NCBI GenBank assembly: GCA_965112635.1
Contig: OZ218778.1
Span: 2,656,001-2,720,000 of the forward strand
DNA from: an uncultured bacterium
Lineage (GTDB): Bacteria > Oederibacteriota > Oederibacteriia > Oederibacteriales > Oederibacteriaceae
Length of the DNA: 64,000 nt
Direction: 5' to 3'
Positions 1 to 9,424 of this stretch are shown here, one piece after another. Within the stretch, counting starts at the first letter, position 1, and each line of letters begins with the position of its first letter. Under the pieces are notes generated by a model that worked only from the letters and a program-made list of their open reading frames with translations, searched no databases and was not told the origin of the DNA. The translations under genes were made by a program, and so were the position numbers.

Positions 1-1872
1 CTGATTCGAGGAAGTGGCGCTGGACCAGCCTGAGCCTCCATAGCTCCCGGATTGCACGGTCGCTGTGCACGCAACAGTGGGTTCACTGCAGGCTGTATTC
101 AAGGTGACCACCAAATACATGTAGTCCACGGTTATGTTAAAGTTGTAATACCCCCCGCTCAGACCCGCCCGTATCTGGTTCACCTCGGCCTCTGTCCATC
201 CGCCGGAGGGCACTGCCAACTGCATACTGTCGGTCTGATAAACACTGCTCCCGGCAGCGGTAAAAGTCGCGGTGGTAGCGGTCCCGGCGTTGGTGGTGCC
301 GTCAGAGGTGGCGGCAGCATACATATAATTTCCGGCAGTGGCTGCCTCCCATTTGACATATAAGGTCACAGAGGTGATAGACCCGCCGGAGTAAGTACCC
401 ATCATATTCTCCATAAACCACCAACCGTTATTGCCGCCAAGAGGCACGGTCAAACCATCCCCTGTTGCCCCCAGGCCCGTAGAACTGTTTGGTGCAGACG
501 AACTCCAACCAAACCCGCCCGTGCCTCCGTACTGCGTCGCGGGCAATGTCAGGGAACAAGCAGGCGTGGGGGTGGGAGTACAGCCGGTTGTGGACAGGCA
601 GAGGTAATTGTAGGTTACAGTTTCCAGGGTATTATTATGGGAACACACGGCCAGGCCCCAATAGACTGTGGGGTTCATCGTAACAGTGGTCGAACCCAAC
701 AGTGTCCATGAATTCCCGTCCGAAGAATAATAGCTGGTAAATGTACTCCCGCTCCTCACCAGTTTTAACCAATAGGGCGCCGCGGGTCCCCCATGCCACC
801 CCACGTCAGAAGAAGCCCCGCCCGCAGTACCCCTCCAGGCGAAATCAACCCCGGACGAATAACCCATTTGCAAACTAACGTTTGCGGCGCCAGCGGTGAG
901 GTCATTGCGTATCATGAGACACGCTTTAGCATACCCATCACCATCGTTGCTCATGCTAGGGACCAACACCGTCATAGTTCCGTCGCCGCACATAGAGGCG
1001 TAATCAAAGTTGAATGAGTCAGCAGTGCCCCAGATATCCGACCCGCCGCCGTTGACCGTGTAGGTGGGAGCGGAATAACTCGCGCTCCCAGCCTGGCTTG
1101 GGCCGCCGATGTCCAGGTCAGTCAGGGCTGGGGTCGAGCTGCAAGGCGTAGGTGTGGGAGTCGATGTGCTTGCGGGTGTGTATGTGTTTGTGGCTGTGTT
1201 TGTGAATGTGCAGGAAACACCGTTGAGTTGCAGGTCATTGAGCAGAATGGTCGCGTTGTTTGTATAGCACTCAATGGCAAACTTTCTGATGTAGTGGAAG
1301 TCCAGGTCTCCGGCCTCAAAAATGCCGTTCTGAAATCCATTACTGCCGTTGGGATTGGCCTGCCACTGCAGTTGGATGGTCTCCTGGGTCCAGGAGGTCG
1401 GTGCGGTCAGTCCAGAGGAAGAATAATTGTAAGTGTCGTTGCCCCAGTCGTCTTCTATCAGAACACGGTATTGCACCCCTGAAGTGGTCGCACACATCCA
1501 AAAAGAAATGGAAGTGTAGCAATCCCAATTCATGCATGGCCAGCCTCCATCCAGAAGATTGACATCACCGCCGTTTGGCTCACTGCTTCCAAAATCCATC
1601 TCCAAAGAATTACAACAGTCATTGTAACTGCTGGAGTTTTTTGTGAAAGTTACGCTCTGCTGCGCCCCACCTCCCCCAAAAGAAAAATATCCGCAGGAAT
1701 CGTTGTGAATACCCCCACCAGTCATCGCGTCGATCATGTAGGACTGAGCTAATCCAAGGGTTGGCATCATCAACACGAACAACAACAGGGCAACAATTAC
1801 ATAACGCCGATTTGTTCCTTCAAAATGTTTTTGGGACCTGGCCTTCTGATGACCATCATATCCAGCAGACAT
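1..1872 (-). CDS. Large exported multi-domain protein, truncated by the window edge: signal peptide, CBM11-like domain, T/P linker, concanavalin-A-like (DUF1349-type) domain, further repeated beta domains
   Basis: Not in the ORF track (no stop inside the window). Manual translation is open from ATG 1872 to base 1: RRYVIVALLLFVLMMPTLGLAQSYMIDAMTGG...NWDCYTSISFWM...APTSWTQETI...TILLNDLQL...DIGGPSQAGSASYS..TYTVNGGGSDIWGTADSF...APYWLKLVRSGSTFTSYYSSDGNSWT. Start codon uncertain because the frame stays open further upstream. Confidence 0.9.
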   Translation of the reverse strand, partial: MSAGYDGHQKARSQKHFEGTNRRYVIVALLLFVLMMPTLGLAQSYMIDAMTGGGIHNDSCGYFSFGGGGAQQSVTFTKNSSSYNDCCNSLEMDFGSSEPNGGDVNLLDGGWPCMNWDCYTSISFWMCATTSGVQYRVLIEDDWGNDTYNYSSSGLTAPTSWTQETIQLQWQANPNGSNGFQNGIFEAGDLDFHYIRKFAIECYTNNATILLNDLQLNGVSCTFTNTATNTYTPASTSTPTPTPCSSTPALTDLDIGGPSQAGSASYSAPTYTVNGGGSDIWGTADSFNFDYASMCGDGTMTVLVPSMSNDGDGYAKACLMIRNDLTAGAANVSLQMGYSSGVDFAWRGTAGGASSDVGWHGGPAAPYWLKLVRSGSTFTSYYSSDGNSWTLLGSTTVTMNPTVYWGLAVCSHNNTLETVTYNYLCLSTTGCTPTPTPACSLTLPATQYGGTGGFGWSSSAPNSSTGLGATGDGLTVPLGGNNGWWFMENMMGTYSGGSITSVTLYVKWEAATAGNYMYAAATSDGTTNAGTATTATFTAAGSSVYQTDSMQLAVPSGGWTEAEVNQIRAGLSGGYYNFNITVDYMYLVVTLNTACSEPTVACTATVQSGSYGGSGWSSATSSNQ

Positions 1873-2767
1873 TGGGAAAGTACTTTTTGGGCAGAATGGA
1901 AAAAGGGGTTGGAAAAATATTAACCTTTTTAATAGTCCAAAATTTGAAAAGAGAAAGATTTGGCTCTGCCATATATATAACAAAGCCTTTTCATTGTTCA
2001 AAAAAAAGGCAAAACTTTTTCTAATGATGGCGAACGATGAATTTAGGAAATAATGGGCGAGAACTTCAAAAAAAAGTTGCGACTTTGTCTTTAGTTGCGC
2101 AGGGAAACTCAATTTTATTTTTTTTCTCTTCACACAATTGACCATCATCACCGGTATGCCCCTTGTTCCTGATATCATTCCAGGAGGATAGCTCTCCCAC
2201 TCAGGCTTACGCTCTGAGCCAGCTTTTTCGATTGATGATTGTTTCGTCTAATTCCACCCCTAATATTATACTTATAAGAAACATTTGCAAGCATACCTAT
2301 ATCCTTTTTTTGTGATTTTAATCACATATTATTCTTTACTACATTTGTCCTAAGATTTCTAAGTTTATGGATAGGATTTTAATTGATTTTTAAGGAGTTG
2401 CAAGCTAAAAATTTAACTAAACTCTAACATCTTGACTATCTTCATTATTTTCAATAGTTTTTTATTTGCACCAAACAACAAACCCTGCTAAAAAAGCTCT
2501 CGTAATTAAAGAATTATTGCAACGCTTTTCCACATATCCCAAATGATGCTCCGCGTAACAAAGCTACGGGTTATTTTGCATAGGTTAAATAACTTTGGTC
2601 CATCCCTTGAAGTATGAATGGCAAAACTTCTAATAAGTCCGGTAAGTTGGCCGTTGGTCTAATTTAACCAGAAAAATACACTTTGATTTTGCACAGGACC
2701 TCAGGCAGGGAAACATTTTGAGCGTTCACTTTTGAGTCCACACGGTTTCAAGAGGACAAAAGGTGGG

Positions 2768-3808
2768 TTACTTGATGACAATGACCTTCTGGGTCTGGTT
2801 GATGTTATTGGCGATAACGTGGATTATATAAATACCGTTTGCGACAACACTGCTACCGTCATTCAAACCATTCCATTGGTCGGTATAAGTGCCAGCATCT
2901 CTGTTCTGATCGACGAGAACTTTGACCAACTGACCCAGACGGTTGTAGATGGCGATCCTCACATTGCCCGACTGCGCCAGTTGGGTGATGATCTTTACGG
3001 ACTCTCCGTTATTGGGATTAAAAACATTATGAGCCACGGCGACTTGATTGGCAGGTAACAGGGTCGGACTTGGAATTGGTGTAGACTCGTTCCCCAATAC
3101 TCCTGAGGCTTTGGTCGGATTGGTCTTGCCTGGCGCCATGCTTGCGTACTTGGGTCCAGCGCCGACATTCTGTCCGACAGGCTGGGTTCTGCTGGCAGGA
3201 ATTTGGGCCACTTCGTTGCTCGCCGCGGTGGACATCGCGCCGTTATTTGTCAAGGGTCCTGTCACATTTTTTTTCTCAGCAGGATAGTTCACCTTCAAGG
3301 CCAAAGAAGAAGAGAACTGCGTTCCTTTTCCTTTAAATTCAACGCTTTTTTCTTTAGTTAAAATTCCGCCCTTTACTTGTGTGCCTGCAACAACTCGAGT
3401 AGCCACAGTCGTATTGTTGTTCTTAGTCACACTGATATTATTTTCTTTTTGGTTCGGAACAGAAAGAAAAATGATCAAGCCGATGGCCGCGGCGCTTCCC
3501 ACCCATACCAAACGAGGGAACCAAGTCTGGCTAGGCCACCAGTTGAAGCGCTCCTGGCTGGCAACCCTTTTCTCCTCGAAACCGATCCGTCGGTGTATCG
3601 TCTCCAGCATTCCTGGTTGCGGACTGACTTGCGGAAAATTTTGCAGGGTGAAACTGATTTTTTGGGCGCCGATTATTTTCTGAAGGCATCCGGGACAGGA
3701 TTGGAAATGATCCTCAATCTTCCTCTGCTCTTTTTCCTGCAGAGCCCCGTCCACATAACATGAGATTTGTTTTTCACTAAGGTGCTTCATAACCTTTTTC
3801 TCCATCAA
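2768..3808 (-). CDS. Zinc-binding anti-sigma factor (zf-HC2) with TM helix and C-terminal FlgD-Ig / sorting-like domain
   Basis: HFQSCPGC (HxxxCxxC); hydrophobic LVWVGSAAAIGLIIFLSV; C-terminal NVFNPNNGE...IYNRLGQLVKVL...WNGLND...VANGIY...QKVIVIK; overlaps the sigma gene stop by 4 bp. Confidence 0.85.
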   Translation of the reverse strand: MMEKKVMKHLSEKQISCYVDGALQEKEQRKIEDHFQSCPGCLQKIIGAQKISFTLQNFPQVSPQPGMLETIHRRIGFEEKRVASQERFNWWPSQTWFPRLVWVGSAAAIGLIIFLSVPNQKENNISVTKNNNTTVATRVVAGTQVKGGILTKEKSVEFKGKGTQFSSSLALKVNYPAEKKNVTGPLTNNGAMSTAASNEVAQIPASRTQPVGQNVGAGPKYASMAPGKTNPTKASGVLGNESTPIPSPTLLPANQVAVAHNVFNPNNGESVKIITQLAQSGNVRIAIYNRLGQLVKVLVDQNRDAGTYTDQWNGLNDGSSVVANGIYIIHVIANNINQTQKVIVIK

Positions 3809-4395
3809 AGGAACGATTTTAGGTTTTTCTGCAGGATGCCACGTCCCCTGGCGATCCTTGATTTCACTGTCCCTTCACTGATACGCAATATTTTCGCTAT
3901 CTCTTCGTATGACAGTCCATCTATCTCTCTGAGGACCAAGGCCATCCTTTTGTCCTCTTCTAAACCCATGAGAGCGCTCTGGATAGCCTGCATCAGCTCT
4001 CTTTTTTCCGCGTCTTGCTCTGAGTTCTCCTTGGCCGCCACCTCTTCGATAAAGGACTTTCCGTCCTCATTCACAGGATTTGAGGTGATGACCCTTTTCT
4101 GCAAAGCTCTCTGTTTGAACTTGTTCTTGACCAGATTGACCGCTATCCTGTAGAGCCAGGTGAATAAATTCGAGTCACCCCTAAAATTCTTTATAGACTG
4201 GTAACCATTTATAAAAACTTCCTGGCAGATATCTTGGCTTTCGTTCACATCACCAAAGAAATACAGGATCGAGTTAAAGATCCGCTGGTGATATTTGTTA
4301 AAGAGCTCGTCAAAAGCCTCTCTGTCCCCTTCTTTGCATCTTTGGATCAGTTTCCATTCAGCGGCGTCTTTATACACTTTTTTTTTGCCAAACAT
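3805..4395 (-). CDS. ECF sigma-70 family RNA polymerase sigma factor (RpoE/SigW-like)
   Basis: Region 2 DICQEVFI..Y..IKNFRGDSNLFTWLYRIAVN; region 4 LREIDGLSYEEIA.IL.ISEGTVKSRIARGR. Confidence 0.95.
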   Translation of the reverse strand: MFGKKKVYKDAAEWKLIQRCKEGDREAFDELFNKYHQRIFNSILYFFGDVNESQDICQEVFINGYQSIKNFRGDSNLFTWLYRIAVNLVKNKFKQRALQKRVITSNPVNEDGKSFIEEVAAKENSEQDAEKRELMQAIQSALMGLEEDKRMALVLREIDGLSYEEIAKILRISEGTVKSRIARGRGILQKNLKSFL

Positions 4396-4422
4396 AAACC
4401 GTCCTAACGCTCTTCCGATTGA

Positions 4423-4450
4423 TTAGACAACTCACCCACTAAAAAGTTCC
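4423..4450 (-). promoter_or_regulatory. RpoE/AlgU-type ECF promoter, probably autoregulatory
   Basis: Minus strand reads GGAACTT-N16-TCTAA, ending 27 bp upstream of the sigma ATG. Confidence 0.75.
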
Positions 4451-4459
4451 CCCAAGCTT

Positions 4460-5578
4460 TTAATTTTTTCCAGAACCCGTTTTTTTACCTTCGTTCTGCT
4501 TGGGAAATACCATATTTTCAGTTGATATTAAAGGAATTGCATTGAGTATCCTTCTTGCATCTTCCCCTTGCACTAAATGTGGCTGTCCGTCCGCCAACAT
4601 CACAGGCAACAACTCATACTTCCTCATTCCGTTCTTAGCCAAGTCGATTTTGAGTATCACGCTGTCCCAGGTCTTTTCATTTTGGAGGTCAAAAACAAAG
4701 TTGCCCAGACTGTAAAAGATCCACCCTTTCTTATAATGCTCTATCCCCTGCAGAATATGAGGATGCTGACCCAAAATAATATCAGCCCCCGCATCGATAG
4801 CGGCATGACCGATCTTAACTTGATAGCTGGTCGGAGCCTCTTGGTATTCTTGTCCCCAATGGAATGATACAACAACCAGGTCGCTTTTGCTTTTAGCCTC
4901 CCTGACCCCCTCTCTGACGTCTGGGAGATACGAAGGGGCCACAAAAACTTCGTTATCCTTGCTATAAAACTCCTCTGGCGAAACAGCCGAAAAGCCCAAA
5001 AAAGCTATCTTAATCCCATGGATAGTTAAGATCACAGGAGATTGTATCCTCTGGGTTTTCGGGAACACACCTATAGTGTTGATCTGGAGTTGAGCCAACA
5101 GATCCATGGACTGGATCAAACAAGGGCTCCGAAAATCAAGGCTATGGTTGTTGGCAAGGGAAAGGAGGTTAAAACCCGCATTCTTTAGCGAAGAGGCTGT
5201 TTCCACCGGGGACCGAAATATTACTTCCTTAGTTTTGCTTATTGGTTTTCCAGTATCACAAATTGGAGACTCCAAATTTCCAAAAACAACATCCCCCTGT
5301 TTCAAAATGTCCCGCACCTTGTCGAATGGGTAGTCCATCCCCTTAACTTTCATGGCATCATAGACGCGCCTAGCTAGACTTATATCACCCACAGCCATGA
5401 GAGTAACGCCCGCCTCTTCAGAGATTTGTGGATTACTCGCTGCAATGGGCGTTGGTTGAACTTGCGCATTAGGTTTAATTTTTTCTGGACAACCCATGAG
5501 GATCAATGCCGCAAGGGTCACCACTACTGTTCTTCTCAATATTCCCGCCTTACAAGTCAGACTCACCCTCAGCTTCAC
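4460..5578 (-). CDS. CapA family (PGA_cap) metallophosphatase-like protein, probable lipoprotein
   Basis: Motifs AVGDI, GNLESP, SLANNHSLDF, SFHWGQEY, GADIILGQHPH, YSLGNFVFD; LILMGC lipobox-like signal. Confidence 0.9.
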   Translation of the reverse strand: MKLRVSLTCKAGILRRTVVVTLAALILMGCPEKIKPNAQVQPTPIAASNPQISEEAGVTLMAVGDISLARRVYDAMKVKGMDYPFDKVRDILKQGDVVFGNLESPICDTGKPISKTKEVIFRSPVETASSLKNAGFNLLSLANNHSLDFRSPCLIQSMDLLAQLQINTIGVFPKTQRIQSPVILTIHGIKIAFLGFSAVSPEEFYSKDNEVFVAPSYLPDVREGVREAKSKSDLVVVSFHWGQEYQEAPTSYQVKIGHAAIDAGADIILGQHPHILQGIEHYKKGWIFYSLGNFVFDLQNEKTWDSVILKIDLAKNGMRKYELLPVMLADGQPHLVQGEDARRILNAIPLISTENMVFPKQNEGKKTGSGKN

Positions 5579-5636
5579 TCACTTAGCGGCAAAGACGCAA
5601 GCCTAAGGTAACCGGCTATCTAATCAAACCAGCACA

Positions 5637-5673
5637 ATAAAGCCGATGGCCAACATAAAACCATCGGCTTTAT
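5637..5673. terminator. Intrinsic terminator-like hairpin after the AsmA gene
   Basis: 13-bp perfect inverted repeat ATAAAGCCGATGG / CCATCGGCTTTAT with an 11-nt loop. Confidence 0.6.
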
Positions 5674-5707
5674 ATCATACTGCTATATTGACCTCGGACA
5701 GTATGGA

Positions 5708-8074
5708 TTAATGGAACAACCCTTTAAGAAGATCTTTGGCCTTATCCTGCACTTGTTGCTGGACCTGGCTCTGAACCTTGTTCTTTTCTTCATCGACCTT
5801 TTGCTGCACTTGCTGCTTCACCTCATCGACCTTTTTATTAACCGCCTTTTTTACGGCCTTCTCGAGCTCAACGGTGACTTGGGGGTTGGTCAAAGGGCCT
5901 TTCAAACTCAAATCAACCTCTGCCCATCCTTTCTCATCTTTAAACGCGCTCAAGGAATCAGGGATGCTGACCAATTGGGGATTCAAACGAGTGTTCATGA
6001 CACCATCTGCGTTCTTATCAAAATCAACGTGGCCATCAAACTTTAGCTTGAGCATATTGCTGTCGCCTTCTCCCATGACCAAATTGTGTGTGGTGACCAG
6101 TTGGTTCTTAATGTCAAAGTCTCCCCTTACGACATCAAGGTCCAGGTCCTTCTTAAGCGCGGCGATATTAAGAGTGTCTGCGGCATTCTCCAGGGCTTTA
6201 AGGTGGGAGATCTTGACCTTGGTTATATCTACGTGGCAATTGCCCTTGAGTTTCTCCCTGGCCATCTTAGGTTGTAATCCCTGGCCTGCGACATTGATCT
6301 GGGTATTGACAATCCCAGCGACCATATCCTTGGCTGGGGAGTTCGCGGGATCGTTCCCAAAAAAGAATTTCAGAACATTCGAAGTCAACGAGCTTGACTT
6401 GAACCTTCTTTCCAGGAACGCAGCTAAAATCCGTAACGATCCATTGGAAGACTTATCCAAGTGGAAATCCTTGACCTTAGCTGCGACCGTATAGGTGGGA
6501 TTGGATGTCTTAAAAGATGCCTTTGCAGTCTCATTGACACCACCGTCAAAGATATTAACAAAAAAACTTTGGTCTAAATTTTGCTTGACCAGGTCCGCCT
6601 TGACGGCCAGCTTGGAAAGTTCCAGGTCTTTAAGTGTCACCTTATCAACATTAATTTTTGATTGTACGCTTAGATAAGGCGGTATTTTCTTGCTGAGATC
6701 AGGCACAGCAACCGAAGCCCCTGATGCAGCGCTAGAAGAGTCTGCTTTGGTCGCGTCATAGGGGAGAGCTAAATAAGCATCAAAAAATTTATCCAGATTG
6801 ATCTGCTTACCGGACAACTGCATAGCAACTTTGGCTTTTAATTTTTTCATGCTCTTTAAATCTGACAGGACATAGTTGGAAACTTTAAGGTCCAAATTAA
6901 GCGGTGAATCTCCAACCAAAAAAGTAATTCCCTTGGAAGATACCGCTTTTTCGGTCAGATGAATGGTCCCTTCCAAATCATCAAAAGCAGTAAACCCGGA
7001 ATATTTGACCCCAATTTTTCCAAAGGTTAAATCTCCATTAATCTTCAATTTATCCAAATCCTCGGGGTTGCCTTTCACGCTAGCTTTAAAATCCAGGGAT
7101 CCGGACAATGAAAGCGCTGCAGGAAAATCCACCAGGGAGGGCGGAATAAGATCTGCTGCCAAGGTCTTTAATACCACATCCAACGAAGCATCCACATCCA
7201 GCGTGGGCTTGGTCAGGAATGAACTGACTGACCCACTGACGGAAATGGAAACCGAAGGAGCTTTCACAACAATATTTTCAATTTTTGCTTTTTGTTCGTT
7301 ATAGAACACGGAGGCGGCCCCCTCCACGGTTAGAGGAATGACCTTCTTGTTCAAGACAATCTGCGTCGCAAGAGAGATTTGCATGGGCTTCTTAGAATTT
7401 AAAGAGATGGGCCCAACAGTTAGATTGAAATTGTTGACTTGGGTCCGTAACGGCGTGGCTAAATAATCATCGTTATAAGTGATCTGTCCATTCTTGATGC
7501 TGAGCTCCGAGATCACAATATCCACAGGGATTTTCGTTGGAGCAGAGGACTTGGAGGACACCTTAGAAGCTTTGGCTTTTGACTTACTAGATGACTTACC
7601 GGAAGTCAAGTCGGTGAAGTTGAATATTCCCCTCCTGTTCCTTTCAACCAAAATCTGCGGGTCGACAAGTTGGATTTTTTTGATCACTGCTTTGCCCACA
7701 AAAAGCGGCAAGACATAAAATTTCACAATAAGTTTGTCATCAGCAACAAAAGGTTTATTGGTAAACCCTTTCGCATTACTGATGGAAATCTTGCTCACTT
7801 CTATGGCTATCCCATTGAAAGGATTGAAGAAAATTTTCCCAATGCTAACCTTCCGATTAAGCGTTTTACTGAGCTCCGTCGTCGCCTTATCTTTGACTTT
7901 ATTCCAGGGAATAAAAAGCGACGCTGCCGCAGCGGCCACAATAAAAAATACTACGACCAAAGCGCACCAGAAAATGATCCTCCTGATCAAGCTCTTCTTC
8001 TTGGGAGCACTGCCCCCCGCAACATTTTTCTCCGCAACCTGATTTTCTTTTTTAGCCATTTCCCTCTCCTTCAT
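5708..8074 (-). CDS. AsmA family protein
   Basis: N-terminal TM anchor; L.RKVSIG; P.ILVERN..G.FNF.DL motif; beta-rich body; C-terminal L.GPL.NP plus helical tail. Confidence 0.85.
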   Translation of the reverse strand: MKEREMAKKENQVAEKNVAGGSAPKKKSLIRRIIFWCALVVVFFIVAAAAASLFIPWNKVKDKATTELSKTLNRKVSIGKIFFNPFNGIAIEVSKISISNAKGFTNKPFVADDKLIVKFYVLPLFVGKAVIKKIQLVDPQILVERNRRGIFNFTDLTSGKSSSKSKAKASKVSSKSSAPTKIPVDIVISELSIKNGQITYNDDYLATPLRTQVNNFNLTVGPISLNSKKPMQISLATQIVLNKKVIPLTVEGAASVFYNEQKAKIENIVVKAPSVSISVSGSVSSFLTKPTLDVDASLDVVLKTLAADLIPPSLVDFPAALSLSGSLDFKASVKGNPEDLDKLKINGDLTFGKIGVKYSGFTAFDDLEGTIHLTEKAVSSKGITFLVGDSPLNLDLKVSNYVLSDLKSMKKLKAKVAMQLSGKQINLDKFFDAYLALPYDATKADSSSAASGASVAVPDLSKKIPPYLSVQSKINVDKVTLKDLELSKLAVKADLVKQNLDQSFFVNIFDGGVNETAKASFKTSNPTYTVAAKVKDFHLDKSSNGSLRILAAFLERRFKSSSLTSNVLKFFFGNDPANSPAKDMVAGIVNTQINVAGQGLQPKMAREKLKGNCHVDITKVKISHLKALENAADTLNIAALKKDLDLDVVRGDFDIKNQLVTTHNLVMGEGDSNMLKLKFDGHVDFDKNADGVMNTRLNPQLVSIPDSLSAFKDEKGWAEVDLSLKGPLTNPQVTVELEKAVKKAVNKKVDEVKQQVQQKVDEEKNKVQSQVQQQVQDKAKDLLKGLFH

Positions 8075-8189
8075 TTTAAATTTAGCGTTTTTATAGCATC
8101 ATCATGTTGTTTTGAAAGTCCCAGAAACTACGAAAAACCATTAGAGCAACAAGAAGCAGACAACCTGATAAAAAAGGATGGCTGTAAAC

Positions 8190-9239
8190 TCATTTCTTTG
8201 GATGACCTTTATCCTCAGGTGTCTTGGCTGAAGAGGCTTTAGGGATAAGGCTGAGATGCTCCTTGATTTTCCGCTCGATTTCAGCGCCAACTTGAGGATT
8301 CTCTTTGAGATATGTCTTAGCACTATCCCTGCCCTGGCCTAACCTTACATTGTTGTAGGTAAACCAAGTGCCGCTCTTTTCCACGATATTGTAGTTAACA
8401 GCCGTATCAATCAGAGAACCATTCTTAGAAATGCCTTCACCATAAATGATTTCAAACTCGGCTTCACGGAAAGGGGGCGCCACCTTGTTTTTAACGACTT
8501 TGACCTTAACCCTGTTACCAACCACAGTGGTCCCCTCTTTAATGGCTTCGATGCGACGGATATCCAGCCTCATGGAGGCATAAAACTTTAAAGCCCTGCC
8601 TCCTGGCGTGGTCTCCGGATTACCGAACATAATGCCCAATTTCTCTCTTATTTGGTTCAAAAAAATGCAGCAGGTATTGGTTTTTCCTATAACAGCGGTC
8701 AATTTTCTCAAAGCCTGGGACATTAATCTGGCCTGTAAGGCCATATGGGCATCACCCATATCTCCCTCTATCTCGGCCTTGGGTACCAAAGCAGCCACCG
8801 AATCAACTACCACGACATCCACCGCCCCACTGCGCACCAGCGTTTCTACAATCTCTAACGCTTGTTCCCCATTATCAGGTTGCGAAAGGACCAGCTTATC
8901 AACATCTACGCCGAGATTTTTGGCATACTGGGGATCAAGAGCGTGCTCGGCATCGATAAAAGCGGCTGTGCCGCCGGCTTTTTGGGCTTCAGCGATGATG
9001 TGAAGGCTCAGCGTGGTCTTACCCGATGAGTCAGGCCCAAAGATCTCGATACAACGGCCCCGCGGCACCCCACCCACCCCCGTGGCAATATCCAAAGCAA
9101 TGGTTCCAGTTGAGATGGCTTTGACATCAAATGCAGGAGCCTCACCCAAAAGCATGATGGCCCCTTTGCCGTACTGTTTTTCTATTTGGGATATGGCTAA
9201 ATCTAATGCTTTTAATTTTTCGCTGTTCTTCTCCACCAA
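8190..9239 (-). CDS. recA: Recombinase RecA
   Basis: GPDSSGKTT Walker [51 protein letters not shown]. Confidence 0.99.
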   Translation of the reverse strand: MVEKNSEKLKALDLAISQIEKQYGKGAIMLLGEAPAFDVKAISTGTIALDIATGVGGVPRGRCIEIFGPDSSGKTTLSLHIIAEAQKAGGTAAFIDAEHALDPQYAKNLGVDVDKLVLSQPDNGEQALEIVETLVRSGAVDVVVVDSVAALVPKAEIEGDMGDAHMALQARLMSQALRKLTAVIGKTNTCCIFLNQIREKLGIMFGNPETTPGGRALKFYASMRLDIRRIEAIKEGTTVVGNRVKVKVVKNKVAPPFREAEFEIIYGEGISKNGSLIDTAVNYNIVEKSGTWFTYNNVRLGQGRDSAKTYLKENPQVGAEIERKIKEHLSLIPKASSAKTPEDKGHPKK

Positions 9240-9424
9240 TGGACACCTCCATATTTTCTTTTGAAATCAATACTTCACTATACCATAAAAGGGTTACCAA
9301 AGCCCTCCAACCCAAAACGGTCAAACCAGTATTAACTGCAAAAAATACAACATTTTTTTTAGTTGTGTTATATCATATTAGAAATCTTTGACCTACTTTG
9401 CATTTTTCCTAATTAGGAGGTTCG

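Noticed and set aside
52-2024. Short ORFs listed in the track at the window start
   Set aside because: They overlap the long minus-strand gene 1..1872, which has clear domain motifs and a paralogue in the window.
5586-5612. GGCAAA-GACGCAA-GCCTAAG resembling a c-di-GMP-I riboswitch
   Set aside because: No room for the GNRA-capped stem, and it is on the strand opposite the flanking genes.
9240-9424. SOS/LexA box upstream of recA
   Set aside because: Only a loose ACAAC...GTTGT dyad is visible and it matches no LexA consensus I can support.
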